Assembly (NCBI GenBank): GCA_035221665.1
Contig: CM069143.1
Span: 13,764,001-13,828,000 of the forward strand
Length of the DNA: 64,000 nucleotides
Source: Okamejei kenojei
Taxonomy: Eukaryota
Reading direction: 5' to 3'
Shown: positions 39,215-51,227 of the stretch, one piece after another
How the letters are laid out: each line of letters opens with the position of its first letter
How positions within the stretch are numbered: the stretch's first letter is position 1
The notes under the pieces: model-generated
Database searches by the model: none
What the model was told of the DNA's origin: nothing
What the model saw: only the letters and a program-made list of their open reading frames with translations
Translations under genes and position numbers: made by a program

Positions 39215-40112
39215 AGACTTTGTGGCAAAGTTTATGGATGATATGAAAATAGGTGGAGGGGCAGGTAGTGTAGATAAAGCAGGGATTCTGCAAATGACTT
39301 GGACAGGTTGGGAGAGTATGCAGAGAAGTGGCAGATAGAATATAGTACAGCAAAGTATGGACTCACATATTTTGGTGGTAGAAATAGAGGCGTAGACTAT
39401 TTTCTAAATGGGGTGAGAATCCAGAAATCAGAGGTGCAAAGGGACTTGGGTTCTGGATTCCCAAAAAGTTAATCTGCAAGTCGAATCGGTAGTAAAGAAA
39501 GCAAACTCAATGTTAGCATTTATTTCAAGAGGGCTTGTATACAAAAACAGGGATGTAATGTTGAGGCTCTATAAGGTACTGGTAAGGACACATTTCGAAC
39601 ATTGTGAGCAATTTTTGGGCACCATATCCGAGGAAGGAATGTACTGGCTTTGGAGAGGGTCCAGAGGAAGTTTACAAGAATGATCCCAGGAAGGAGTAGG
39701 TTAACCTATGATGAGCGTTTGACGGCACTGGGCCTGTAGTTGGAGTTTAGACGAATGAGGGGGGGACCTCATTGAATCATACAGAATAGTGAAAGGCTTG
39801 GATAGAGTGGATGTGGAGAGGATGTTTCCACTAGTGGGAGTGTCTAGGACTAGAAGTCATAGAATGAGAGGATGTTTTTTTAGGAAGGAGATGAGGAGAA
39901 ATTTCTTCAGTCAGAGGGTGGTGAATCTGTGGAATTCAGTGGATATTTTTAAGGCGGAGATAGATAGATTCTTGATATGTACAGGTGTCAGAGGTTATGG
40001 GGAGAAGGCAGAAGAATGGGTTAGGAGGGAGAGATAGGTCAGGAATGATTGAATAGCATTGTATTGATGGGCTGAATGACCTAATTCTACTCCTGTCCCT
40101 TCTGACCTTATG
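39215..40112 (+). mobile_element. CR1 LINE 3' fragment
   Basis: KFMDDMKIGG (KFADDTK-like), QRDLG, KGLDRVDVERMFPLVGVSRTR..FFSQRVVNLWNS, 3' UTR. Confidence 0.92.
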
Positions 40113-40227
40113 ACTTCGCTCCCCAGACAAAATTTGATCCCTTCTCCTTTCCAATCTTACCACCTCACTCCCTCCTTGGACTGGCCAATATAGATCTAAT
40201 TATAGATTATTATATATTATATTATAT

Positions 40228-40450
40228 TAGCATGGTGGACTAGCGGTAGAGCTACTGCCTTACAGCTGCAGAGATCTGGGTTTGATCCTGACTACAGGTG
40301 CTGTCTATACAGAGTTTGTACATTCTCCTCATGACCTGCGTGGGTTTTCACCGAGATCTTTGATCTCCTCCCACACTCCAAAGACATACAAAGGTTAATT
40401 GGCTTGGTATAAAAGTAAATTGTATCTAGTGTGCGCAGGATAGTGCTACT
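40228..40450 (+). mobile_element. HE1-like SINE
   Basis: agcggtagagctactgccttacag...gggtttgatcctgactac...ctcccacactccaaagac. Confidence 0.82.
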
Positions 40451-40876
40451 GTGTTGATTTACCCTTTAACCCCACTCTCTCAGCGGAAGCCTGATGACCC
40501 CGATTTCACCTCATCCACCGACAGCACCGATCCGTAGTTAGGTGTCTGATGACTTCTTCAATACAATTCTGGAAAGGCATAACTGGCAAGTATACTAGTC
40601 GTTGGGTGCCAGTAAAAAAAACAATTAACTTACTGTGTAAGAATATTTCAAGAAAAATCTGTTTATTTTAGTTGTGTTTAAGACGCTGCTGAAGCATTGA
40701 GAATAGTCGCCAGAAATTATTTACCATTAAAGCTGTTAAACAAGAACCAAAATAATCTTGTATTAAAACATGGGTGTGTTGACCTGTGCAGTTAAATATC
40801 TCGCTGAACTTCAAATGCATGGAGTTTGACCATTTCGGTGAAGTACTGGAAGGGGAACACAAACCTGATGAACTAA

Positions 40877-41143
40877 AGGTAGACAAAAGTGCTGGAGAAA
40901 CTCAGCGGGTGCAGCAGCATCTATGGAGCGAAGGAAATAGCCAACGTTTCCATAGATTTCCATTGGGTGTTTTTCTGTCAACTCTTGCAGTTTCAGTGTG
41001 GAATTGACAAAATCTGAAGAAGGGTTTTGGCCCGAAACATGGCCTATTTCCTTCGCTCCATGGATGCTGCTGCACCCGCAGAGTTTCTCCAGCACTTTTG
41101 TCTACCTTCGATTTCCCAGCATCTGCAGTTCCTTCTTAAACAC
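40877..41143. mobile_element. PLE inverted-repeat insertion containing a captured 66-bp genomic segment
   Basis: Inverted pLTR arms; TSD CCTGATGAAC (40864-40873, 41144-41153). Confidence 0.88.
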
Positions 41144-41813
41144 CCTGATGAACCATATTTGTCAGCTTCCTGTCCATATAGGTGACTGATCCTGAGGCAA
41201 GAGTCAGTCATTGCATTTATTTGCTCCAAGATCTGCTGAGGAGAACTGTTTGAGTCAGTGAGTGAGCTGTGCAGTTGGTAAATGATCAAGGTGTCACTGA
41301 CCTTTCGCCGCAGTTATGAGGTCAGAGATATTGGAAAACCTCATCTTTGGGGGAAGAAACCTTCAAATGTATTTTTATCATTACCACTTATCGAAAAGCA
41401 ATTAAAACAAATTGACTGTTCAGAGTAGACTTAATTACTTTTTAAAAGCCTTTGCTCGTTGTCAACTTCACGAATCCTGTGTTCAGCCATCAAGATAATA
41501 ATATAAAACCTACCAAACTCAAAATAGTGGCATGAAACTAGTTTTATGATATATTTCAGTTTTATCAGTTATTAAAAAGCTACAAGTGATATATAATGGG
41601 CAATTTGTTTTGAATATAGGCTGACTTCAGGAATTTGCGATGGTTCAAATGAGGAAAATCTCAATTCCTTGAGTTCAGCCATCCCAAATACTAACACACT
41701 CATTATTCCAGAACATTAAACTGTGATCCTCTGCAGTTTGGAGACATCCAATTTACCACCTCCAGCCCTCTATTGTTTGAACTAGTATGAAATCCAGATT
41801 CAACCATGTTAAT

Positions 41814-41987
41814 ATGAAGGAAGGAACTGCAGATGCTGGTTTAAACCGATGCTAGGCCCAAAAAGCTGGAGTAACTCAGCGGGACAGGAAGCATATCTGG
41901 AGAGAAGGAGTGGGTGACGGTCTCAACCTGAAATGTCACCCATTCCTTCCCTCCAGAAATTCTGAGCTACTCCAGCATTTTGTCTCC
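41814..41987. mobile_element. PLE inverted-repeat insertion
   Basis: TSD ACCATGTTAAT (41803-41813, 41988-41998). Confidence 0.85.
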
Positions 41988-42525
41988 ACCATGTTAATGT
42001 TGGCTCTTATTGTAAAAATAATTTTCCTGCATCTCTCACCAATTCCCTCTCATCCCTCTCATCCAACACCAGAAATTGGCGAGCCTACATTTTTTCTCCA
42101 CCTTCGATAAGGAATCACATATCTAATCCCATCCATAGATTTCCATTGGGTGTTTTTCTGTCAACCCTTGCAGTTTCAGTGTGGAATTGACAAAATCCCA
42201 GTCGTTGCGCCCCTCATGAATTTCCACTGATCTCCCTTTGACTCTGACTTTCTGAGCATTTCCTTTTACACTCAATGTGACAAGTACTGCTATTTTGTGC
42301 TGATTGCTGTATTTGTGTCTAAGCACCTCTGTCCACCTGTCGAATGGAACAATGTTTTTAAATAACTTTTTTTCAATCATTATTCAGAATATGAGCAGTA
42401 TTTATTACCCTTCCCTAAATGCCCTTGAGAAGAATTACTGAACTGTTGCAGATATTCTTCTGAAATTATTCCCACAATTCTGTTCTGTCCTGTGATTATA
42501 AGATTTAAAACCAATAGCAATGAAG

Positions 42526-42646
42526 GGTCTCGACCCGAAACATCACCCATTCCTTCTCTCCGGAGATGATGCGTGCCCCGCTGAGTTACTCCAGCTTTTT
42601 GTGTCTATCTTTGGTTTAAGCCAGCATCTGCAGTTCCTTCCTACAC
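42526..42646 (+). mobile_element. PLE pLTR fragment
   Basis: TSD AGCAATGAAG (42516-42525, 42647-42656). Confidence 0.85.
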
Positions 42647-43254
42647 AGCAATGAAGAATGCTAGCTTTCCAAAATAGGATCATGCTTGACTTGATGGGAA
42701 GCCTTTATCTGTTGGTATTCCTCTTGGTCTGTTAACCTTGTTTTATTTGGTGGATTAGCAGGTACCTGCAGTGAATTGGCAAATTCTGTATTCTGGTGCA
42801 CCAGTGTTGATGGAATGAATGATTAGAGTGCACTAGGATGTTAATCAAGAGAGATACTCTGTCGTGGATGGTGTCAAGGTTCTTGAGTATTGTTGGAGCT
42901 ATACTGTTTTTTTTTAATACTCTCCTGACGTGCTTTGCAAGTTGCTGGTTTGGTCTCTGAGCAATATATTGGTTATTCTTTCAATCTCCTTTTTGATTCA
43001 ACACATTTGTTGGAGCCAAGCACAATTCCTTTATATTAGATAGTGGTATATTAATACAGGTTATACTTTATCAGATCTCCCCTTTGATTTTCCACCATAT
43101 TCAACTGTGCTGGCTCGTTTCTGAAATTAATGCAAAATTATGGAAATATTCAGCAGGTCCATACGAATCTGTGGAGAGGGAATTAGAGTTAAAATTTCAG
43201 GATGATTATCTTTCATCAGAACTGGAGAAGTTAGAAAATGGGCATGTTTATGTT

Positions 43255-43945
43255 CAATTTCAAGTTCACATTTATTGTCCCATGCACCAATTAAGGTACA
43301 GTGATATTTGTGTTACCATACAGCCATACAAGTAAAGAGAACACAATGCACAATAGAATTTAACATAAACATCTACCACAGTGGAATCAGCATTCTTCAC
43401 TGTGATGGAAGGCAATAAAGTTCAGTCATCTTCCTCCTTTGTTCACCCGTGGTCGGGGCCTTGAACCCTCCGCAGTCGGTGCTACAGATGTTCAGGTACA
43501 TTGGTCGGGAAGATCGAAACTCCGACGTCAGGACGAATCAGAACACAAGCTTGGAGTTCCTGAATTGACTGCTTCTTACCGGAGACTGCGGCTTCACGAT
43601 GTTAAAGTCCACAGGCCCCACGGTCGGAGCTCCAACACTGGCGATCCTCAGCAACGGATCCCAGGCTCCGCGATGGTAAGTCCGCGCCGCGCCTGCTACT
43701 TGAAGCTCTGGGCCGCCGGTCTTCAGTCTGGAGAGGCCAAACCAATCCAGCGAGGGGGCAAGAATGCGACACGGATAAAAGTCGCATCTCCGTTGAGGTA
43801 AGTGACTGGAAACGGTTTCCCCCTATTTCCACCCCCCCCCATCCCCCACATGAAATCTACCAAGAAATATTAAAACATACATTTAGACACACTAAAAATA
43901 ACAAAAAAGTAAAAAAAAACACACGAGCTGCTGGCGAGGCTGGTG
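43255..43945 (-). mobile_element. Non-autonomous retroelement with Rex1/Babar-like tail and CpG-rich body
   Basis: caagttcacatttattgtc...aggtacagtga tail similar to the other Rex-like copies; abrupt GC/CpG-rich interior. Confidence 0.5.
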
Positions 43946-44363
43946 ATGAGAGAACAAAGGGAAGGTATGTGATTAAGTGAAGACCAAGATTGTAGAGGTA
44001 ACAGAATGTTATTGATGCCATTTGAAAGAGGGCTGTGAATGGTTGTTTATCACAATTGAACTTTCTGGAGTACTGGAGAGAATGAAGCCAGCCAAGATCG
44101 TGAGAAAAAAAATGATAGAAACGTGAGATGCTGAACACAACCCAGTAATTTGAAATCTAAAATGGCATGGAAGACCAGAAGTACCCGATTGACCAGGCAG
44201 CCTCTGCAGAGAATGAAGAATCAGACATGGCCTAATCTTCAACTATAGGGTGGCCTGGTAGATTTGCTGCCTTACAGTGCCAGAGACCTGGGTTTGATCC
44301 TGACTACAGGTGCAGTGAATCAAACTGTTTATTGCTGTTTTATGTGACCTAACTCTGAGGTAA

Positions 44364-44456
44364 GGTAGACAAAAATGCTGGAGAAACTCAGCGGGTGAGG
44401 CAGCATTTGTGGAGCGAAGGAAATAGGCAACGTTTCGGGTCGAGACCCTTCTTCAG
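44364..44456 (-). mobile_element. PLE pLTR fragment with hammerhead core
   Basis: TSD ACTCTGAGGTAA (44352-44363, 44457-44468); minus strand CUGAAGA-A-GGGUCUCGACCC-GAAACGUU. Confidence 0.85.
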
Positions 44457-46025
44457 ACTCTGAGGTAAAGTACTTTTGCTGTGGTCATCTGGAGTGATGT
44501 TTGGGGATGTCTGATTTATCGCCTCCAGCCCTCTATTGTTAGAACTGGTATCATATCCAGACTTAACCGTGTTAATGTTGACTCCTATTGTAAAACCAAT
44601 TCTCCTGAAACTCTACTGCATCTCTCACCAATTCCTTCTCATCCAACAGCACAAATTGTTGAGTTTACATTTCCTCTTTAACTCAATAAGGAATAAATAG
44701 GAAGAAACTGAGTTGATATTTCAGGTGAATGATTTTCCCGAGGAACTGGAAGAAGTTAGAGATAAATAGCTTTAGAAGTAAAGTTATTTTAGTAAAGAAA
44801 GGAAACCATGGATGGAGTGCACTGGAAAAGAGTGCTCCAGAATTTCCAGTTGGACCCAACCTACCCTGCATCATCCAACAAACATGATTATGTCAATATT
44901 TATTCTGTGATATGGTTTCTGTGGTGTTCTGGATAGAAATGTCAACTGCTGTTTTTATTTGATTGTGTGGCTTTGTAAATTTCAACTTGTTGGGGGGAGA
45001 AATTACTTCAATTATCAGGGAAGTAAATGAAGAATTACTTGATTTAACAAATAGTGTGTTTTTTGTCTGGAACTAGAAAATAACCCAACCCAAGCTCAGT
45101 GTTTAGGAAAAGTTTCAGAATCACGCTCATGGTATCAGTAAAGTAACACTGAATGTAGAAACAAACAGGGCCATACAGATCGTCCAGCCAGTTTCTACAT
45201 TCAATTAGATCAGGGCTGATCTACCTTGTATATCTTAATCCCATCTACCTGCCTTGGTTATGTAATTCTTAATATCGGTGCCTGTCTATAAAACAGAAGC
45301 CGACTGCAATTCAGCTCAGTACATGCAGTCCACCCAATGCTATAATTGTTGTTATCAAGCTGTCCTCTCAGTTAAACTCAAACCCAGTCAGATACAGGTG
45401 AAAATATCATTTGTTTTGTCGGCAAAAAGTGGGTTTCATTGTTAAACCTTGCTCTCCAGGGAGCTTTACCATTCGGAGATGATTTAAATAATAATATAAA
45501 ATACAATAACTATTCCTACCTGTTTAAAAGGTGCAATTTCTGGTAATCTTGCTTTAATTTTGTGTTTTTCCTCTAATTGAAGGGGGAAGCAGTTTAAATG
45601 TTTCTTAAAATAAACCCATTTCAGCATTTTTGTTAAATTCAGGCACAGAGCATTTTCTTTCACTCAACAATGGCACATTGCCAGCATTTATTCTGGTGGG
45701 AGGTTGGCAGTTGTAGGTTTTATTTAATTTACAATGTTTACAATGGAAAACAAAAGCCTAATGGTCCAATTCTTTTCTCCATTGATTTGGAATCGTTTAT
45801 AACTATAAATAATAGGCGTGAATTCCAGCTCCAATTTAATTAGAGCATGGTAATTTTACAAAAATCTTCAAACAGCTCTATTCAGTAAATAATTATTTTC
45901 CAAGTTACTTCTTCCATTCATTTATTGTTCATTTAGTTTTTCTTTGATGATTAATATCCTGGAGTAAGATTGTTGACCACCCAAAATGTTGATAACTCAT
46001 CTTTAGCCAGAAGAGACCCTGTAAA

Positions 46026-46599
46026 GGGTACACAAAAGGCTGGAGAAACTCAGCGGGTGCAGCATCATTTAAGGAGTGAAGGGGAGGGGGGCAATTTGGG
46101 GTCGAGACCCTTCTTCAGACTGGTCAGGGATCAGGGAAACGAGAGATATAGACGGTGATGTGGAGAGATAAAGAACAATGAATGAAAATATGCAAAAAAG
46201 TATTGATGATAAAGGGAACAAGCCATTGTAAGCTGTTTGTGGTGTGAAAATGAGAAGCTGGTGCGACTGGGGTGGGGGAGGGAGATAGAGAGAGAGAGAG
46301 GGAATGCCAGGGCCCGAGGGCTGAGGGAGAGGTGGGAAGGGGAGGAGACAGCAAGGGTTAACAGAATTGAGAAAATTCAATGTTCAAGCCCAAAGGATGC
46401 AGACTCCCCAAGCGGAATATGAGGTGCTGTTCCTCCAACTTGCGGTGTTGCTCACTCTGGCCGTGGAGGAGGCCCAGGACCGAGAGGTCGGATACGGAAT
46501 GGGAGGGGGAGTTGAAGTGCTGAGCCACCGGGAGGTCGGGTTGGTTATTGCGGACCGAGCGGAGGTGTTCGGCGAAACGATCGCCAAGCCTCCGCTTAC
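46026..46599 (-). mobile_element. Penelope-like element 3' part, near-identical to 10823-11392
   Basis: Same GIY-YIG C-terminus and pLTR; TSD AGAGACCCTGTAAA (46012-46025, 46600-46613). Confidence 0.92.
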
Positions 46600-46639
46600 A
46601 GAGACCCTGTAAACGTTTGATTTCGAATTTAAAGCCAAA

Positions 46640-47318
46640 GTTAGTTTAGTTCATAGTCGCGTGTACAGTGGAAAGCTTTTGTTGCGTGAACCAGCCAGCA
46701 GAAAGACAATATATGATTGCAATCGGCCCATTTACAGTGTATAGATACATTATAAGGGAATAAAGTTTAGTGCAAGGTAAAGCCAGCAAGGTAAAGTTTG
46801 ATCCAGGATGGTCTGAGGGTCACCAAAGAGGTCGATAATAGTTCAGCACTGCTCTCTGGGTGCGGTAGGATGATTTGGCTGTCTGATAACAGCTGGAAAG
46901 AAACTGTCCCTGAATCTGGTGGTGTGTGTTTTCACACTTCTATCCCTGTTGCCTGATGGGAGAGGGGAGAAGAGGGAGTAGCCAGGGTGCGACTCATCCT
47001 TGAATATGCTGCTGGCCTTGCCGAGGCAGTGTGAGGTATAAATGGAGTCCATAGAAGGGATGTGTAGGAAAGAACTGCAGATGCTGGTTTAAATCAAAGA
47101 TAGACACAAAATGCTGGAGTAACTCAGCGGGACAGGCATCATCTCTGGAGTGAAGGAACGGGTGATGGCTGAAGAGAGACCCTTCTTCAGTCTGAAGAAG
47201 GGTCTCAACACAAAACATCACCCATCCCTTCTCTCCAGAGTTGCTACCTGTCCCGCAGCATTTTGTGTCTATCCATAGAAGGGAGGTTGGTTTGTGTAAT
47301 GGTCTGGGCTGAGCTGCG
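46640..47318 (-). mobile_element. Rex1/Babar-like LINE 3' fragment with nested PLE
   Basis: ORF 46843-47052 HCLGKASSIFKDESHPGYSLFSPLPSG...TTRFRDSFFPAVIRQ. Confidence 0.85.
47061..47271. mobile_element. PLE inverted-repeat insertion
   Basis: TSD TCCATAGAAGGGA (47048-47060, 47272-47284). Confidence 0.88.
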
Positions 47319-48069
47319 TCTTAGGTCAAAGAAGTAGGGATGATTGAAAATAACTTGAGACTGGTATACATACAATTATATTGTTCTTAGGTGAAGCACT
47401 CGTTACTTTTCACAAATCAAGGCCGATTAGTTGATGTAGAATATTGCTTTTCTAGTTATTCTACAAATATTTCAGATATGTAAACAGATAACAGTCTGAA
47501 CCTTCTTACTATGGACCCATCAGCTACATTCAGAAGACAAATCACCGCTCATCTAAATTTACTTCAACTGCATCCAGAAGGCTGGTCTTGCTTGACCAAC
47601 CAGACCCAATGTCAAATGATGAGGCCCTTATTTTGTGGCCAACCCTCATTTATATTGGTGGACCAGAACAAGACTCATCCATAAAACTCCCCTGAAGTTA
47701 TTGAACAGTTAGCAAAGTAGTAGACCTGGCTCTCAAAGCTCTCAATGTTTTTAAATTATTCTGAATGTCTCTGTATTGGGGCTTATTCTGTATTGGGGCA
47801 TATTCGGGAATCTTAGCAAGATCTATAGGCAAAGCACAGCTGGGAAGTGGTTAGGAGAACCCAGCGAGTATGTTTGGAATCTCAGAATTTACCCACAGTT
47901 GTACTGAGAAAAGCTAAGTAGAAATATCAACATTCTCCAACAAAGTCCAGGTCAATATTCACAGTATTGAAAATTATAATAATGATCAGTAGTAAAACTG
48001 GTGACAGACTTTGTTTTTGGACGACTTAGGCTATGTTTTAAAAATACTTTTTGCAAACTGTAATGAATG

Positions 48070-48586
48070 GTTCAATGGTTTCCTTATTGTCACGTGTAGC
48101 AGGTACAGTGAAATATATTTTTTCCATACTGTTCAGCAAGACTATCCCCGTGCACAATCACCCCAATTAGTACAGTACACACAGAACAGCCCATTGAGTC
48201 CATATGCAAGAAGCACCATTTTGGTGCCATTATACAGTCCCAGCTGCAATTAGCCACAAAGGCCTGTTGCAGGCGTCAACTCCATTTTGGTTGCTCCGTG
48301 ATCCGATCTCCATTCCTGGCTCTCCTCAGCCAGTATTTCCCATGGGGCGGTGCCTGCAGCCCACTTCAGGTGCAGAAGGTAAGAGCTCCCCCCCCCCCCC
48401 CCCCGGTTCTTCCTACCAGGCCTTTTGTCCAGCATCCGCCTATGATTCTGATCCACGTGGTGACCAGGGGCCCGGCTCGGTGGCCTTCCCTCTGCAGGTC
48501 TGCGGTTGGGAGACCGCCATGGCTTGCCAAACCGGATCGAGCCCTAGGGTGCGGCCTGGCCTCCAGCGGCCCTGTCCACTGTCGGT
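48070..48586 (-). mobile_element. Non-autonomous retroelement with Rex-like tail
   Basis: ttattgtcacgtgtagcaggtacagtgaaa tail; GC-rich body. Confidence 0.5.
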
Positions 48587-49712
48587 TTATTGTGTATTAA
48601 ACACCTGGAAATCATAGGCAGTTCAATGATGGAACATCTCGTCAGATTCAGCGCCCATTAATTTGTAGTTTGGCTGAGAGTTCTACATTTGACTATGCAT
48701 GTGAATACGTCCCCATCTCTCTGTTATTAACGAACAGGTAAAACCATATAAACCAGCAAAATCCAGGCAGCTCAGATAAATTGTGTTTTTGACATTTAAA
48801 GTAGCACATTTCACATAGTCATTTCACTGAGATGAATGGCTCAAAACAGTACTAATTGTTGTTAGCCAAGCTGATTCAATCAAATGCAGAGAGATAGAAA
48901 AGCTAGCAGTCATGAATCAGAAGCCCACATAAATCTAACTCTTGTCCACATGAATCTAACCTGTCACAATGCCAAATTAATCTTTAACTCTACCAATCAG
49001 AAATCATCAGCTGTGATAAATCTGCATTTGCAAGCCATTTTCATCTTTACAAATCAGTACATTTATTAAAATGAAGTGAGTTATTGTGTATTAAACACTT
49101 GGAAATATTAAGTAAACCCGTAAAAATGAATGCATTTTTTCCTGATGTCTGAGCAATGGGTGCAATAAATTTTCCTAAGTCTTTTGCTTTTCTTTTCCCT
49201 TCTCTCTGACCACTGCATTGTGATGAGATTCTTCATTTGGGCTCTTTGTCTTTTGTATCCAGTTATTTGTTTATGACAATTTTCGCTCTGTACTCTGCAA
49301 TCAAAAACACTTCATGAAATATCAGAACACTCATGCAGAAAATAACAATAATGTTGTGGCTGAATAAAATATTTGAATTTTCTGTTTGCTACACTCTTAA
49401 TGGTTAAGTCTAAATGGTGTGTGGGCTGAAAGTATTTGTCTCGTGTCAGTATGTGGGTGGAGGAAACTTTGTAATTGTAGCATTGACGTTTCACTTTTGA
49501 GGTTGAACATTTATTGGACATTTGCTGGACACAACCACATCATGGTGTATGAATGCTAACCAAGGATTTAGCAGGAAAGTAAGATGATAGAAAAGTTTTC
49601 TCCCCAGGCGATGTACACCAATGATGGTTTTACAGAGAACGTGAAATATAATAAGAGGGAGAATTTATTTTAAATACTCAGGCATGAGAAATTAAGAGTT
49701 GTAAAGGAAATT

Positions 49713-50030
49713 TGGGGCAGCATGGTGGCACGGTGGTAGAGTTATGGCCTTACAACACTTACAGTGCTGAAGTACCGGGTTCGATCCCAACTATGGGTGC
49801 TGTCTGTACGAAGTTTGTACATGCTCCCTGTGACTGCATGAGCTTACTCCGAGATCTTCGGTTTCCTCCCACACTCCAAAGACGTACAGGTTTGTAGGTT
49901 AATTGGCTTGGTCAAATTGTAAATTGTCCTTAGTGTGTGTGTGTTGGATAGTGTTAGTGGATTGCTGCTCAGTGCAGACTCGGTGGGCCGAAGGGCCTGT
50001 TTCGGTGCTGTGTCACTAAACAAAACTAAA
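49713..50030 (+). mobile_element. Full-length HE1/V-SINE-like tRNA SINE
   Basis: A box tggcacggtgg, B box ggttcgatcc, core, CR1-derived tail gggccgaagggcctgttt...actaaa. Confidence 0.88.
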
Positions 50031-50180
50031 TAATATACAAATAGACAATGAATATTAAAAGAGACAGCAGACTAAAGAATGTAAATAACCTAATAATATT
50101 ATAGTTAACAAAATCCAAAAGCAGGCTAAAGACTTATTTTTTAGTCCTTGATTGTTCTTTCAAAACATTACTTAGCCCAT

Positions 50181-50307
50181 AGTCTGAAGAAGGGTCTCGA
50201 CCCGAAACGTCGCCTATCTCCTTCGCTCCTTAGATGCTGCTGCACCCGCTGAGTTTCTCCAGCTTTTTGTGTACCCTCGATTCTCCAGCATCTGCAGTTC
50301 CTTCTTT
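50181..50307 (+). mobile_element. Young PLE pLTR fragment with intact hammerhead core (50184-50211)
   Basis: TSD AAAACATTACTTAGCCCAT (50162-50180, 50308-50326). Confidence 0.9.
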
Positions 50308-50530
50308 AAAACATTACTTAGCCCATTACAGCCAATAAAGTATTTTTGAATTTGAATCATCATTGTAATGTAGAAATTGCAAAAGTGAAGCCTAAATTAT
50401 CTACTTCAGTGGCAGGCACGTATATTGGTTGGGTATGTTTACTCTATTTTAACATTCAGCAAATCATTAATACATTTATGTAACATTGAGGTCTCAGTAA
50501 ACCAATTCATCCAATCCAATAGTTTACAAT

Positions 50531-50654
50531 AGTTCCCTCGTTTCCCTGATCCCTGACCAGTCTGAAGAAGGGTCTCGGCCCGAAACGTCGCCTATCTCCT
50601 TCGCTCCTTAGATGCTGCTGCACCCGCTGAGTTTCTCCAGCTTTTTGTGTACCC
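50531..50654 (+). mobile_element. Young PLE pLTR fragment with intact hammerhead core (50562-50589)
   Basis: TSD CCAATAGTTTACAAT (50516-50530, 50655-50669). Confidence 0.9.
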
Positions 50655-51227
50655 CCAATAGTTTACAATCTTGTCAAATCTTCATTTGGAGAAATCTCAC
50701 AAGATGCTCCACAAAACCAGTAGAAATTTGACATTCATACAAAGAAAAAAAGGTGATGAGATTGGATAAAAAATGGATTGAATAGTAGATTTAAAGGAAG
50801 TCATAACAAAGGAGGTTGCATGAGAAAATTGCAGAGCACCAGTTAGAGGTGACTGAAAACACAGATGCAAATGGTGAAGCAACGGGACAGGTGGAAGGCA
50901 AGACATCAGAATCATAGTGTGCAGACAGGTAGTTGATGGTGACATGCGTGGATGCTATGCAGGTCAACAGGAGATTTAAGGACATAACTAAAGTTTACAT
51001 TTAGGCTACTTCAAGATCCTTTGATTTGTAGCAGAACTATGACAATATGCAAACAGAAATTCATGCAGGAGATTTTATAGGAGTTGAGATTAACGATAAA
51101 AGACTATGTTAGATTAGCTGGGAAGACTTTGGGGAATAATTAAGTCTGTGAAAGACATCGGCTCTCAGCAGCTAACGAGTGGACCTAAGGATATGGTCAC
51201 AGGGTAATTTGCCAATGGAAGCAGAAG

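Noticed and set aside
49713-49795. tRNA gene
   Set aside because: A and B boxes are present but continue into a SINE body and LINE-derived tail repeated many times in the window
50181-50654. CRISPR-like repeat-spacer array from the recurring gggtctcgacccgaaac hairpin
   Set aside because: Copies are dispersed, in both orientations, with individual TSDs; eukaryotic context and no cas genes
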